Source: Methanothermobacter marburgensis str. Marburg
Lineage (GTDB): Archaea; Methanobacteriota; Methanobacteria; Methanobacteriales; Methanothermobacteraceae
Assembly (NCBI RefSeq): GCF_000145295.1
Contig: NC_014408.1
Coordinates: forward strand, 750,001 to 782,000
Direction: 5' to 3'
Length of the DNA stretch: 32,000 nucleotides
The notes beneath the pieces were generated by a model. It ran no database searches. It saw nothing but the letters and a program-made list of their open reading frames with translations, and was not told where the DNA came from. A program made the translations under genes and the position numbers. How positions within the stretch are numbered: the first letter of the stretch is position 1; every line of letters begins with the position of its first letter. Below, piece after piece: positions 1 to 7,396 of the stretch.

Positions 1-40
1 TCTGTTGCTCGCACCGGAACCTCAACCCTCACAGTATCCA

Positions 41-577
41 TCATCTTCCCTCCTCGCATAGTTTCCTCAGTATCTTTTTCGCCTGCTTCTTTATCTTCCA
101 GATGGGGCCCTCATTGACTATCATGTAATCTGAGGTTGCTATTACATTCCCTATTCCGAATCCAAGTTCCCTTTCATCCCTTTCAATGAATTCACTGTAA
201 CTTGATGAATCATCCTCTCTTCTGCGCTTTTTGAGGCGTTTGAATCTTGTCTTTCGCGTTGAGAATACAGATATCACCCTGAATCCAGGGAAGTTCTCCC
301 TGAATATCTCGACCTCGTGGGGGCTCCTTATTCCCTCTATGAGGAACCTCTCAGATTTTGCCTTCTGTATCCTTTCAACACACTTCTCGGCAACAACGTA
401 TTCGCCGTATTCCTCTCTGAGGCGGACAGCCGTTACACCTGGTTCCTCACCGCGTTTTCTGGCTTCATCCCTTATAACGTCACCCATCCTTATAACCTGA
501 AATCCCATGGACTCGGCGACCCTTGATACGACACCCTTACCTGCTCCTGGCATCCCTGAAACTCCAATAACCACCAT
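41..577 (-). CDS. UPF0200-type P-loop nucleotide kinase (adenylate kinase / dephospho-CoA kinase-like)
   Basis: ATG at 575-577 and TGA at 41-43. Walker A 'GMPGAGKG' sits at residues 8-15. The 178-aa size and layout are typical of small NMP/dephospho-CoA-type kinases. Family name is recalled as archaeal UPF0200. It lies 16 nt downstream of the PPS gene on the same strand. Confidence 0.8.
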   Translation of the reverse strand: MVVIGVSGMPGAGKGVVSRVAESMGFQVIRMGDVIRDEARKRGEEPGVTAVRLREEYGEYVVAEKCVERIQKAKSERFLIEGIRSPHEVEIFRENFPGFRVISVFSTRKTRFKRLKKRRREDDSSSYSEFIERDERELGFGIGNVIATSDYMIVNEGPIWKIKKQAKKILRKLCEEGR

Positions 578-593
578 ACTTACACACTCTGAT

Positions 594-1355
594 TTATTCT
601 TGTGAAGACTCGATCTCTGGATTGTAACGCCTTATATCAAGCAATTTTATGGTTTCCCTCAGGTTTTCTGTGTTGTCAAATTTCCTGAGGATCCCCTCAA
701 GTTCCTCCCTTGGGGCATCCCTGAGTTCCCTTACAGTATCTATCAGGGCAGGCACAGCCCTTACAATGTTATCTGTTATACTTATACTGGCCATTCTCGA
801 TGTACGCGAGAGGGGGTTGAGGTCCACCGTTATGACGGTTTTCCCGGATTTTCTCAGTATCTCGGTCCTATCACCATCTTCGAGGGGTACAAGGACTGTA
901 TCGGCGCTGTATATACCATCAGGACTTGCTGTTGCCCTTGGGCTCATTATACCATCTATGTGCATGAGTTTACCTGTTCCAAGGACCTCTGATGCCCCAT
1001 GTTCCCTCAGAACCTCCTCGATGAGTTTCACCCTTTTCTCTGTCCTGTGGAAAAGGTTTATCTCGATTTTTCCTCCAATCTCCCCTGCAAGTTCCACAAC
1101 CTCTGCAGGGACAAGGGCTGCAGTGTTCCCGTTAACTGAAATTACAGGGTTCTCTGCAAGGATAAGAGCTGCTGCCGCCGCTTTTATGGCCTTTCTGGCA
1201 GGTTCTGTTGTCTCTTCACCCAGCAGGTAGTCAAAGGCTTCACCCCTTCCATGGGCGATCATCCCTGAGTCTGCAAGTATGCCCTTTCGCCAGGCATCTG
1301 TTATTTTTTCTCTCTGCATAAGTGAATGGTAGCGTGGATGGTCCCTTGAAATCAT
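594..1355 (-). CDS. 4-phosphopantoate--beta-alanine ligase (archaeal phosphopantothenate synthetase, COG1701-like)
   Basis: ATG at 1353-1355 and TAA at 594-596. Motifs 'AHGRGEAFDYLLGE', 'NPVISVNGNTAALVP', 'VPLEDGDRTE' and 'VDLNPLSR' match my memory of the Thermococcus-type PPS family of archaeal CoA biosynthesis. Confidence 0.8.
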   Translation of the reverse strand: MISRDHPRYHSLMQREKITDAWRKGILADSGMIAHGRGEAFDYLLGEETTEPARKAIKAAAAALILAENPVISVNGNTAALVPAEVVELAGEIGGKIEINLFHRTEKRVKLIEEVLREHGASEVLGTGKLMHIDGIMSPRATASPDGIYSADTVLVPLEDGDRTEILRKSGKTVITVDLNPLSRTSRMASISITDNIVRAVPALIDTVRELRDAPREELEGILRKFDNTENLRETIKLLDIRRYNPEIESSQE

Positions 1356-1464
1356 GGTACTCTATTGTACCGGACATTTAATAAGTTTATTTCATGTAGT
1401 TAAGTGGGTGTCAGCCAAATATTTTATACCAGCTTGAAGATAGAATTAGGAGGAGGAATCCATA

Positions 1465-1680
1465 ATGGAAGAGGAAGTTGAGATCAAACGAAAACCCAGA
1501 AAGCCAGAGTATGGGAAAAGCCTCTGGGGGATCTACCTTGGGTCAATCCTGGTGATAATAGGTGTTATATGGTTTGCCTTTGCATCAGGCCTTATACCAC
1601 CCCAGTACTCAAGGTTCTGGCCCCAGGCCCTGCTGGTTATTATCGGGGTTCTTATAATCATAAAATCCATCAGGAACTGA
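1465..1680 (+). CDS. small membrane protein (two predicted TM helices)
   Basis: ATG at 1465 is preceded by 'AGGAGGAGG' (1448-1456). A charged N-terminus is followed by two hydrophobic stretches ('[20 protein letters not shown]', '[15 protein letters not shown]'). It ends 11 nt before the peptidase start. Confidence 0.6.
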   Translation: MEEEVEIKRKPRKPEYGKSLWGIYLGSILVIIGVIWFAFASGLIPPQYSRFWPQALLVIIGVLIIIKSIRN

Positions 1681-1691
1681 GCGGTGATTGT

Positions 1692-2714
1692 ATGAAGGAA
1701 CTCATGAAGCGTCTCTCACTTGCCAGCGGAGTCTCTGGATTTGAGGGAGAGGTAAGGGATATCATAGCATCTGAACTTGAAGGTCATGTTGATAAGATAG
1801 AGGAGGACAGGCTTGGTAACATCATCGCAACCAGGAGTGGGTCCGGTCCATCGGTCATGCTTGCAGCCCACATGGATGAAATAGGCCTCATGGTGAGGCA
1901 CATTGATAAGAAGGGCTTCATAAGGTTTTCAAAGATCGGGGGAATCAGTGACCAGATGATACTCAACCAGGCTGTCTGGATCCACGGGGAGAATGGCCCT
2001 GTGATGGGCGTCATTGGATCCAAGCCCCCCCACCGGATGAAGGCCGCTGAGAGGAAGAAGGTAACAACCCATGATAACATGTTCATCGATATAGGGGCAG
2101 AGTCCCGTGAGGATGCAGAGGAACTTGTCTCTGTGGGGGATCCCATTACATTCCATGCACCCTACAGTGAACTTCCCAATTCCCGATTCACAGGAAAGGC
2201 CCTTGACAACCGTATAGGGTGCCTTGTGATGGTTGAGGTCCTTAAAAGGGTTGATACTGATGCAACAGTTTACGGTGTTGGAACGGTCCAGGAGGAGGTC
2301 GGGCTGAAGGGTGCCAAGACCTCGGCCTTCAAGCTCAACCCTGACATGGCCCTTGCCCTTGATGTCACAATAGCCGGGGATCACCCAGGTATGAAGGAGG
2401 AGGAGGCACCAGCGAAGCTTGACGGTGGCCCTGCTGTCATCCTCACAGATGCGAGTGGTAGGGGTATAATAACCCATCCAAGGGTTAAGGACTGGCTCCT
2501 TGAGACCGCAGGGGAGGAGGATATACCGGTGCAGATAGAGGTGAGTGAGGGGGGCACGACCGATGCAACAGCCATTCACCTTACAAGGGAGGGTATACCT
2601 GCGGGTGTGGTCTCTGTACCCACAAGGTACATCCACACAACGGTGAGCATGGCAAGCATGAAGGACATCGAGATGACCGTTGACCTTCTTGTTAAGGCAA
2701 TTGAAAGACTTTAA
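1692..2714 (+). CDS. M42 family metallo-aminopeptidase (FrvX / TET / 'endoglucanase'-annotated family)
   Basis: Motifs '[10 protein letters not shown]', 'ALDNRIGC' and '[10 protein letters not shown]' are typical of M42 peptidases. I place the start at ATG 1692 ('MKELMKRL') because 'GGTGAT' lies at 1683-1688. The track start at 1569 would overlap the small membrane gene and adds a non-homologous 41-aa extension. Confidence 0.85.
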   Translation: MKELMKRLSLASGVSGFEGEVRDIIASELEGHVDKIEEDRLGNIIATRSGSGPSVMLAAHMDEIGLMVRHIDKKGFIRFSKIGGISDQMILNQAVWIHGENGPVMGVIGSKPPHRMKAAERKKVTTHDNMFIDIGAESREDAEELVSVGDPITFHAPYSELPNSRFTGKALDNRIGCLVMVEVLKRVDTDATVYGVGTVQEEVGLKGAKTSAFKLNPDMALALDVTIAGDHPGMKEEEAPAKLDGGPAVILTDASGRGIITHPRVKDWLLETAGEEDIPVQIEVSEGGTTDATAIHLTREGIPAGVVSVPTRYIHTTVSMASMKDIEMTVDLLVKAIERL

Positions 2715-2733
2715 ACCCCCCACCTGTTTTTCA

Positions 2734-2955
2734 CTACGATTTAACCTTCATTTTCCCGTCAACATAGAAGATATATGGGCTGTCGCACCAGTTTTCATAG
2801 ACCTCCACCACATATTTACTGCCCATGCCCACATCGCTGGTCATAATCTCATTCAGAAACTGGCCGACTGTTTCCTCTGAAATTTTCACCCGGCAAGGAA
2901 ATTCGCACTGTTTTTTCATTTCAAAGACCTTTATTATGACTTTTCTCTTCAACAT
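2734..2955 (-). CDS. hypothetical small protein (73 aa, contains CEFPC)
   Basis: ATG at 2953-2955 is preceded by GGAGG (minus strand, 2961-2965) with a 5-nt spacer. The track start at 2985 lacks an RBS. I recognise no family. It is convergent with the peptidase gene, with a 19-nt gap. Confidence 0.5.
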   Translation of the reverse strand: MLKRKVIIKVFEMKKQCEFPCRVKISEETVGQFLNEIMTSDVGMGSKYVVEVYENWCDSPYIFYVDGKMKVKS

Positions 2956-3000
2956 GCAAACCTCCTTTTGAATAACTTTGATCAATTATGTAATAATGTA

Positions 3001-3010
3001 ATATATAAAA
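3001..3010 (-). promoter_or_regulatory. candidate TATA box for the 2734-2955 gene, bracketed by a 10-bp inverted repeat
   Basis: The minus strand reads 'TTTTATATAT', 46-55 nt upstream of ATG 2955. It is flanked by 'ATGTAATAAT' (2988-2997) and its exact reverse complement 'ATTATTACAT' (3018-3027). Confidence 0.4.
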
Positions 3011-3116
3011 TTATCTAATTATTACATTGTGATGGAAGCCAGGTACATGGAAAGTTGGAAAACCATGCGACAGCTTAAGACTCTAAATAAATGTCATACT
3101 GGAAAAATAAGGCATC

Positions 3117-3240
3117 ATGATAAAATTAAGATAAAATTAATATCACTGGAGGTTTCCTTCATGTAGAGGCTCTTTTAAATATGATAAAATCTTTTAAATA
3201 TGGATAAAATTAATATCACGGGGTTTATCCAATCTTCATG
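3117..3240. repeat. imperfect tandem duplication in the AT-rich gap downstream of the KaiC-like gene
   Basis: 'GATAAAATTAATATCAC' occurs at 3130-3146 and 3203-3219. 'ATGATAAAAT' occurs at 3117-3126 and 3181-3190. 'CTTTTAAATATG' occurs at 3172-3183 and 3191-3202. Both long copies run on to '...CTTCATG'. Confidence 0.7.
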
Positions 3241-3269
3241 AAGATAACTTTGGATTGATTGGTACCGTA

Positions 3270-3983
3270 TTACTCATCAGGATTTTCAATGACCTCAAGA
3301 CCATCATCTGATATGATGTACGGTACAAATTCAATCGGTGTCCTTGTGCTCCTCATTTTTATAATGTCCATAACCCTCTCCCGTCTACCGGTATAGGGGT
3401 TCTCCCTCTTTATCAGTTTTATGGCCCCGTATACCGCATAGAGGGCTATTTCATTGAACTCCATGGAGGTGGCGCTGTCAAGGATTATCAATGCAGTTAT
3501 ACCCCTCTTCTTTAGTTCGTAGATGAGGAGGTCAAACTGGTCCCGGAACTCATGTGTCGTGAGTTTCTCTGTATGGCTCCCTATACTGTCTATTACAAGC
3601 ACCTCAGTGTCCTCCGGGATCTCAGCCAGTATCTTCTGAAGGTTTCCCTTGACGGATTCAATGCCTATGTGTATCTCTGCCTCTGTGAGCCTTGCCCTTA
3701 TTGCAGAGAGTCCTATGATCTTCAGGGCGCCTGATTCCATCAGTTCATCTATATCCCACCCAAGTGAGGCGCACTGGATCCTCAGGTCAGTCTCGTCCTC
3801 CTCTGTTGTAACATAGACTGTCTTAAGTCCTTTCCTGGCACTCTCAATGGCAAAGTGGAGTGCCATGATGGTCTTACCAGCCCCGGCGTCACCTGTTACA
3901 AGAATACTCCTCCCCTGAGGGTATCCCCCTATTATATCGTCCAGTCCCTTAACCCCCGTACCTAACCTGGGTATAGCATCCAT
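3270..3983 (-). CDS. single-domain KaiC-like / RecA-superfamily ATPase (COG0467-like)
   Basis: ATG at 3981-3983 with 'AGGGGGGT' upstream. Walker A 'GDAGAGKT' and Walker B-like 'VLVIDS' are present. The '[19 protein letters not shown]' opening is typical of KaiC/RadA-like domains. At 237 aa it is one domain only. Confidence 0.85.
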   Translation of the reverse strand: MDAIPRLGTGVKGLDDIIGGYPQGRSILVTGDAGAGKTIMALHFAIESARKGLKTVYVTTEEDETDLRIQCASLGWDIDELMESGALKIIGLSAIRARLTEAEIHIGIESVKGNLQKILAEIPEDTEVLVIDSIGSHTEKLTTHEFRDQFDLLIYELKKRGITALIILDSATSMEFNEIALYAVYGAIKLIKRENPYTGRRERVMDIIKMRSTRTPIEFVPYIISDDGLEVIENPDE

Positions 3984-4044
3984 TTATTTACCCCCCTTAA
4001 TCCATTCAGATACATTTATGAATTCAAATATGAGGTTTCCCTCT

Positions 4045-4551
4045 CTATACCATATGGAATTCGAATGTGAGGTTCTCGTCCCTGCTCCTCAGCGTTGAGG
4101 TCTGTATGACGCTTCCCTTGATGCCGGTCCAGGTGAAGCTCCTCATCAGCATGGCCCTGAATATGAGTGAGAAGATGGGATTCTGACGTGCCTCATTGAT
4201 CCAGGGAAACGTTTTAAATTCAAGTACATGCCGTGACTTCTCCTTTCGGAGTGTGGTCTCGATTCCAAGGTTCCCGAGAAACCCTGAAAGCCACTTTATA
4301 TATGCATTGAAAACCCTCTCGGGCGCCCTACCTGACCTGATATCCTCAACAACCCCCAGCTTCTCCATCATCCTCTGGAAGTTGGGTTTGAGGTTCTTCT
4401 CAAACCTGTCTGCAAAGTTCTTTATGATGGCATTTCTGAGCTGTGGGGGGATTGAAGATGCAAAGACTGGCACAGCCGAAACAACGAATCCATAAAGCTG
4501 GGCCTTTGACCTCTCACGGATGAGTTCCTCCCTCCTCTTCTCAGCCTCCAC
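4045..4551 (-). CDS. C-terminal part of a frameshift-split response regulator: methanogen-type output domain (MetOD1-like)
   Basis: The only possible start is GTG 4549-4551, with no convincing RBS. The same frame stays open upstream and reads '...[30 protein letters not shown]', which is the end of a PAS domain. The C-terminal ~110 aa align by eye with the C-terminus of the 15948-16781 protein ('LKPNF/LKPGF', 'FPWINEARQNP/CPWIDDAGKNP', 'LTFEF/CLFRF'). Confidence 0.7.
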   Translation of the reverse strand: MEAEKRREELIRERSKAQLYGFVVSAVPVFASSIPPQLRNAIIKNFADRFEKNLKPNFQRMMEKLGVVEDIRSGRAPERVFNAYIKWLSGFLGNLGIETTLRKEKSRHVLEFKTFPWINEARQNPIFSLIFRAMLMRSFTWTGIKGSVIQTSTLRSRDENLTFEFHMV

Positions 4552-4574
4552 CCTATCTGTGATATCGTGTCCTA

Positions 4575-5291
4575 TTATCTGGAGGAGGTTCTTCTCGGTT
4601 GTTGTCTCAATGTGGTGGAGTGTATCTCAAAATGATGCTTTTTCCCCCTCACATCAACAAATTCGATTTCAAAGGTTTTGTGCTCATGGTTCATGAGGTT
4701 AAGAATCTTCTCAAGGACCTCCCTTGATAGGAAACCCTTCCTCTCGAGGATGGAAAGTTTCTTACCCCTTAGCTTCTTTCTATCAAGCCCTGTTAACTCC
4801 TCTACGTTTCTGTTTGCAAAGAGTATCCTTGAGTCAGAGTCCAGGAGGATTATGGGGTCGGGTGATGTTTCAAGGAGTGCCCTGTACCGTTCCTCACTTT
4901 CGCGGAGTTTACTGTCCATTCTGTGTTTATATAGGGCCACCTCGATTGCACTGTGAAGCTCACGGTCCTCAAAGGGCTTTATTATATACCCGAAGGGCCC
5001 TGTGAGTTTCGCACGGCTCAGGGTCTTTTCATCAGAGTATGCTGTAAGGTAAACAACGGGTATATTCATCTCCTCTCTTATGACCTCTGCCGCCTCTATC
5101 CCGTCCATTTCACCCTTAAGCACTATATCCATGAGTATAAGGTCAGGTTTCTCCTCACGGGCAAGTTTTATTGCCTCCTCACCTGAGGCTGCCATGCCAA
5201 CCACACGGTAGCCGAGGCCCTCGGCCCGGTGCTTGATGTCCATGGCCACTATACTCTCATCTTCCACAACGAGCAAACTTGTAGGCGACAT
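4575..5291 (-). CDS. N-terminal part of the split response regulator: receiver (REC) + PAS
   Basis: ATG at 5289-5291 with 'GGAGGAT' upstream. REC signatures are 'LLVVEDE', 'DLILMDI', 'YLTAYSD' and 'IIKPF'. The PAS opening is '[17 protein letters not shown]'. The ORF ends abruptly in '[12 protein letters not shown]' in the middle of the PAS domain. Confidence 0.8.
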   Translation of the reverse strand: MSPTSLLVVEDESIVAMDIKHRAEGLGYRVVGMAASGEEAIKLAREEKPDLILMDIVLKGEMDGIEAAEVIREEMNIPVVYLTAYSDEKTLSRAKLTGPFGYIIKPFEDRELHSAIEVALYKHRMDSKLRESEERYRALLETSPDPIILLDSDSRILFANRNVEELTGLDRKKLRGKKLSILERKGFLSREVLEKILNLMNHEHKTFEIEFVDVRGKKHHFEIHSTTLRQQPRRTSSR

Positions 5292-5441
5292 TCAATCCTC
5301 CCTGGATATCATCCATCCCCCGCATTAAGGTTCACACAGTCAATAAGTATTATGTAAGGGTCACTATAAATAATTTGCTGGAAAATTCCGTTATCACCCC
5401 ATAAAACACTTCCGAACTGCAGAAAACCCTATGGGGGGGAT

Positions 5442-7181
5442 TCAGCCATTATCACCCCTTCTGAAGTGTCTGTATATTCTCTCTGCCACCGGGCGGTTCA
5501 TGCCCCTTACCGCTGCAAGTTCCTCCACACTGGCATTCCCTATACCCTCAACACTTCCAAAGTGCTCCAGGAGGGCCCTCTTCCTCCTGGGACCAACACC
5601 CCTTATACCGTCAAGTTCTGACTCAAGGGATTTTCTGTCCCTGATCCTCCGGTGGTATTCAACTGCAAACCTGTGGGCCTCGTCACGGAGGTGCCTGAGC
5701 AGCTGAAGGGCGCCATCTGACACCTCAACTGGCTCTGAAAGGCCCGGAAGGTATACATCCTCCTCCCTCTTTGCTATACCCACAAGAGGCAGATCCACAC
5801 CACATGACCTGAGGGCATCCAGTGCTGCTGAGAGCTGCCCCTTACCCCCGTCAATCAGTACAAGGTCCGGTTTTTCAGTTTCATCACCGGAGTACCTCCT
5901 CATGACGAGTTCCCTCATCATGGCATAGTCATCCGGGCCCATGGTCCTTATACGGTAGCGGCGGTACATTCCAGGGGCGGGTTTACCATCCAGGAAGACG
6001 GCGACTGAACCTGTTGCGTGTTCACCACCAATATTGGATATGTCAAGGCCCTCAATCCGTCTGGGAATGGAGGGGAGCTTGAGTTCACCCTTAAGTTCAA
6101 GGAGCGCATCCTTCACCTTACCCTTCTGTTGGAGGATGACGGAGGCGTTCTTCCAGGCGATGTTCAGGAGTCTCCTGCCTGAGCCCCCCTCTGGTGAATG
6201 TATCCTGACCTCACCACCCCTGAGCTCAGAGAGCCACTCTGCTATGACCTCATCCCCTACCGGGTACTGCACCAGGATCTCTGAGGGGATATAACGGGGG
6301 ATTGCATAATACTGCTTGAGGAAGGACTCAAGGATCTCCCTCCTATCTGCTGAGCCCCTCAGCATGAAGTCGTCCTTCCCTGTGATCTTACCGTCACGGA
6401 TCTGCAGAACCACAACGACGGAGTTATCACCACTTGTCTCCAGGGCCACTATGTCCTGGTCAATGGAGTCTGTGAAGGCCGCATACTGCCTCTCCATAAC
6501 CTCACGTATTGATTCAATCTGGTCCCGGATAACCGCGGCCCTCTCGAATTCCAGCTTTTCTGAGGCATCGCGCATCTCAGCCTCAAGAGCCTCAATAACC
6601 TCCCGGTACCGGCCCTGGAAGAAGAGGTCAACCCTTTCGATGATCTCAAGGTAGTCCTCCCTGCTTATCCCACCATCGCAGGGGGCATGGCAGAGGTCTA
6701 TCTGGCTGTTGAGGCAGGGCCCATCCATCCTTCTGCAGCTTCTGATTTTGAAGAGGGACTTTATGAACTTCAGGGTCTTCCTCACGGAACCGGTATCGGT
6801 GAATGGCCCGTAATACCTTGCACTGTCGCCCCCGATGGTCCTTGTTATGATTACGCGGGGGTATTCCTCATCTGTTATCTTTATGAATGGGTACCTCTTA
6901 TCATCCTTGAGGCGGACGTTGTAGGGGGGCCTGTACCTCTTTATTAGGTTGGATTCAAGGATGAGGGCCTCCTTTTCATTCTCTGTGAGGATGTACTCTA
7001 TGCTGTCAAGGTGCCTCATCATTACCCTGAGGCGGGGGTTCTCGTGTTCCCTGAAGTAGGATGCGACCCTCTTCCTTATTGAGACCGATTTTCCAACGTA
7101 GAGGACCCTGTCGTTTTCATCACGGAATATGTAAACGCCTGTCCTGTCTGGAAGTTTCCCTGGATCCCTTACCCTTGTCAA
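5442..7181 (-). CDS. uvrC: excinuclease ABC subunit C
   Basis: GIY-YIG N-terminus 'GVYIFRDENDRVLYVGKS...', a UVR-type helix region 'LEFERAAVIRDQIESI', and a C-terminal (HhH)2 'GIRGVGPRRKRALLEHFGSVEGI'. Start is TTG at 7179-7181 and stop is TGA at 5442-5444. Confidence 0.92.
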   Translation of the reverse strand: MTRVRDPGKLPDRTGVYIFRDENDRVLYVGKSVSIRKRVASYFREHENPRLRVMMRHLDSIEYILTENEKEALILESNLIKRYRPPYNVRLKDDKRYPFIKITDEEYPRVIITRTIGGDSARYYGPFTDTGSVRKTLKFIKSLFKIRSCRRMDGPCLNSQIDLCHAPCDGGISREDYLEIIERVDLFFQGRYREVIEALEAEMRDASEKLEFERAAVIRDQIESIREVMERQYAAFTDSIDQDIVALETSGDNSVVVVLQIRDGKITGKDDFMLRGSADRREILESFLKQYYAIPRYIPSEILVQYPVGDEVIAEWLSELRGGEVRIHSPEGGSGRRLLNIAWKNASVILQQKGKVKDALLELKGELKLPSIPRRIEGLDISNIGGEHATGSVAVFLDGKPAPGMYRRYRIRTMGPDDYAMMRELVMRRYSGDETEKPDLVLIDGGKGQLSAALDALRSCGVDLPLVGIAKREEDVYLPGLSEPVEVSDGALQLLRHLRDEAHRFAVEYHRRIRDRKSLESELDGIRGVGPRRKRALLEHFGSVEGIGNASVEELAAVRGMNRPVAERIYRHFRRGDNG

Positions 7182-7182
7182 C

Positions 7183-7341
7183 GTATCATCCCTTTAACAT
7201 TCTAAAAGTGCATCTGTATACCGGCTATCGTCCCTTCTAACTGCAGGGGTATACCGTCGATGTATCATTCCTTTAACATCCTAAGACTGCAGATGTATAC
7301 TTGATGTATCACTCTTCTAACTGCAAAGGTATATATAATGT
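7183..7341. repeat. tandem ~79/80-bp duplication filling the divergent uvrC/uvrB promoter region
   Basis: Copy 1 spans 7183-7261 and copy 2 spans 7262-7341. Shared blocks are 'GTATCATyCCTTTAACATyCTAA' (7183-7205 and 7262-7284) and 'CTTCTAACTGCA' (7234-7245 and 7314-7325). By-eye identity is roughly 70%. Confidence 0.8.
7330..7338 (+). promoter_or_regulatory. candidate TATA box for uvrB-uvrA
   Basis: 'TATATATAA' lies 59-67 nt upstream of ATG 7397, inside repeat copy 2. The equivalent position in copy 1 is 'GGGGTATACC', which is not TATA-like. Confidence 0.4.
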
Positions 7342-7396
7342 GACCTGAAAATATATTTTCACCATAAATCGAGTTTCTCATTTTAAGTGATTTGTG

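Noticed and set aside
1569-1691. The 41-codon N-terminal extension of the M42 peptidase ORF given by the track
   Set aside because: It overlaps the small membrane protein gene in another frame. It has no similarity to M42 N-termini. The internal ATG 1692 has a GGTGAT RBS and starts at the conserved '[18 protein letters not shown]'.
1929-2723. 264-aa antisense ORF opposite the peptidase gene. Similar long shadow ORFs are 649-1230 (+), 7849-8304 (-), 8779-9516 (-), 21339-21938 (-), 21948-22544 (-), 24823-25341 (+), 25212-25895 (+) and 28566-29009 (+).
   Set aside because: All lie antisense to, or out of frame within, genes with strong family signatures. Their translations are Ser/Leu/Arg/Pro-rich, which is typical of shadow frames, and they carry no motifs.
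2734-2955. Idea that the 73-aa CxxxC protein is a KaiB-like or thioredoxin-fold partner of the KaiC-like ATPase
   Set aside because: The only support is a vague beta-alpha-beta impression. The spacing is C-x3-C, not CxxC, there is no alignable KaiB motif, and the gene has its own promoter 314 bp away. I cannot support it from sequence alone.
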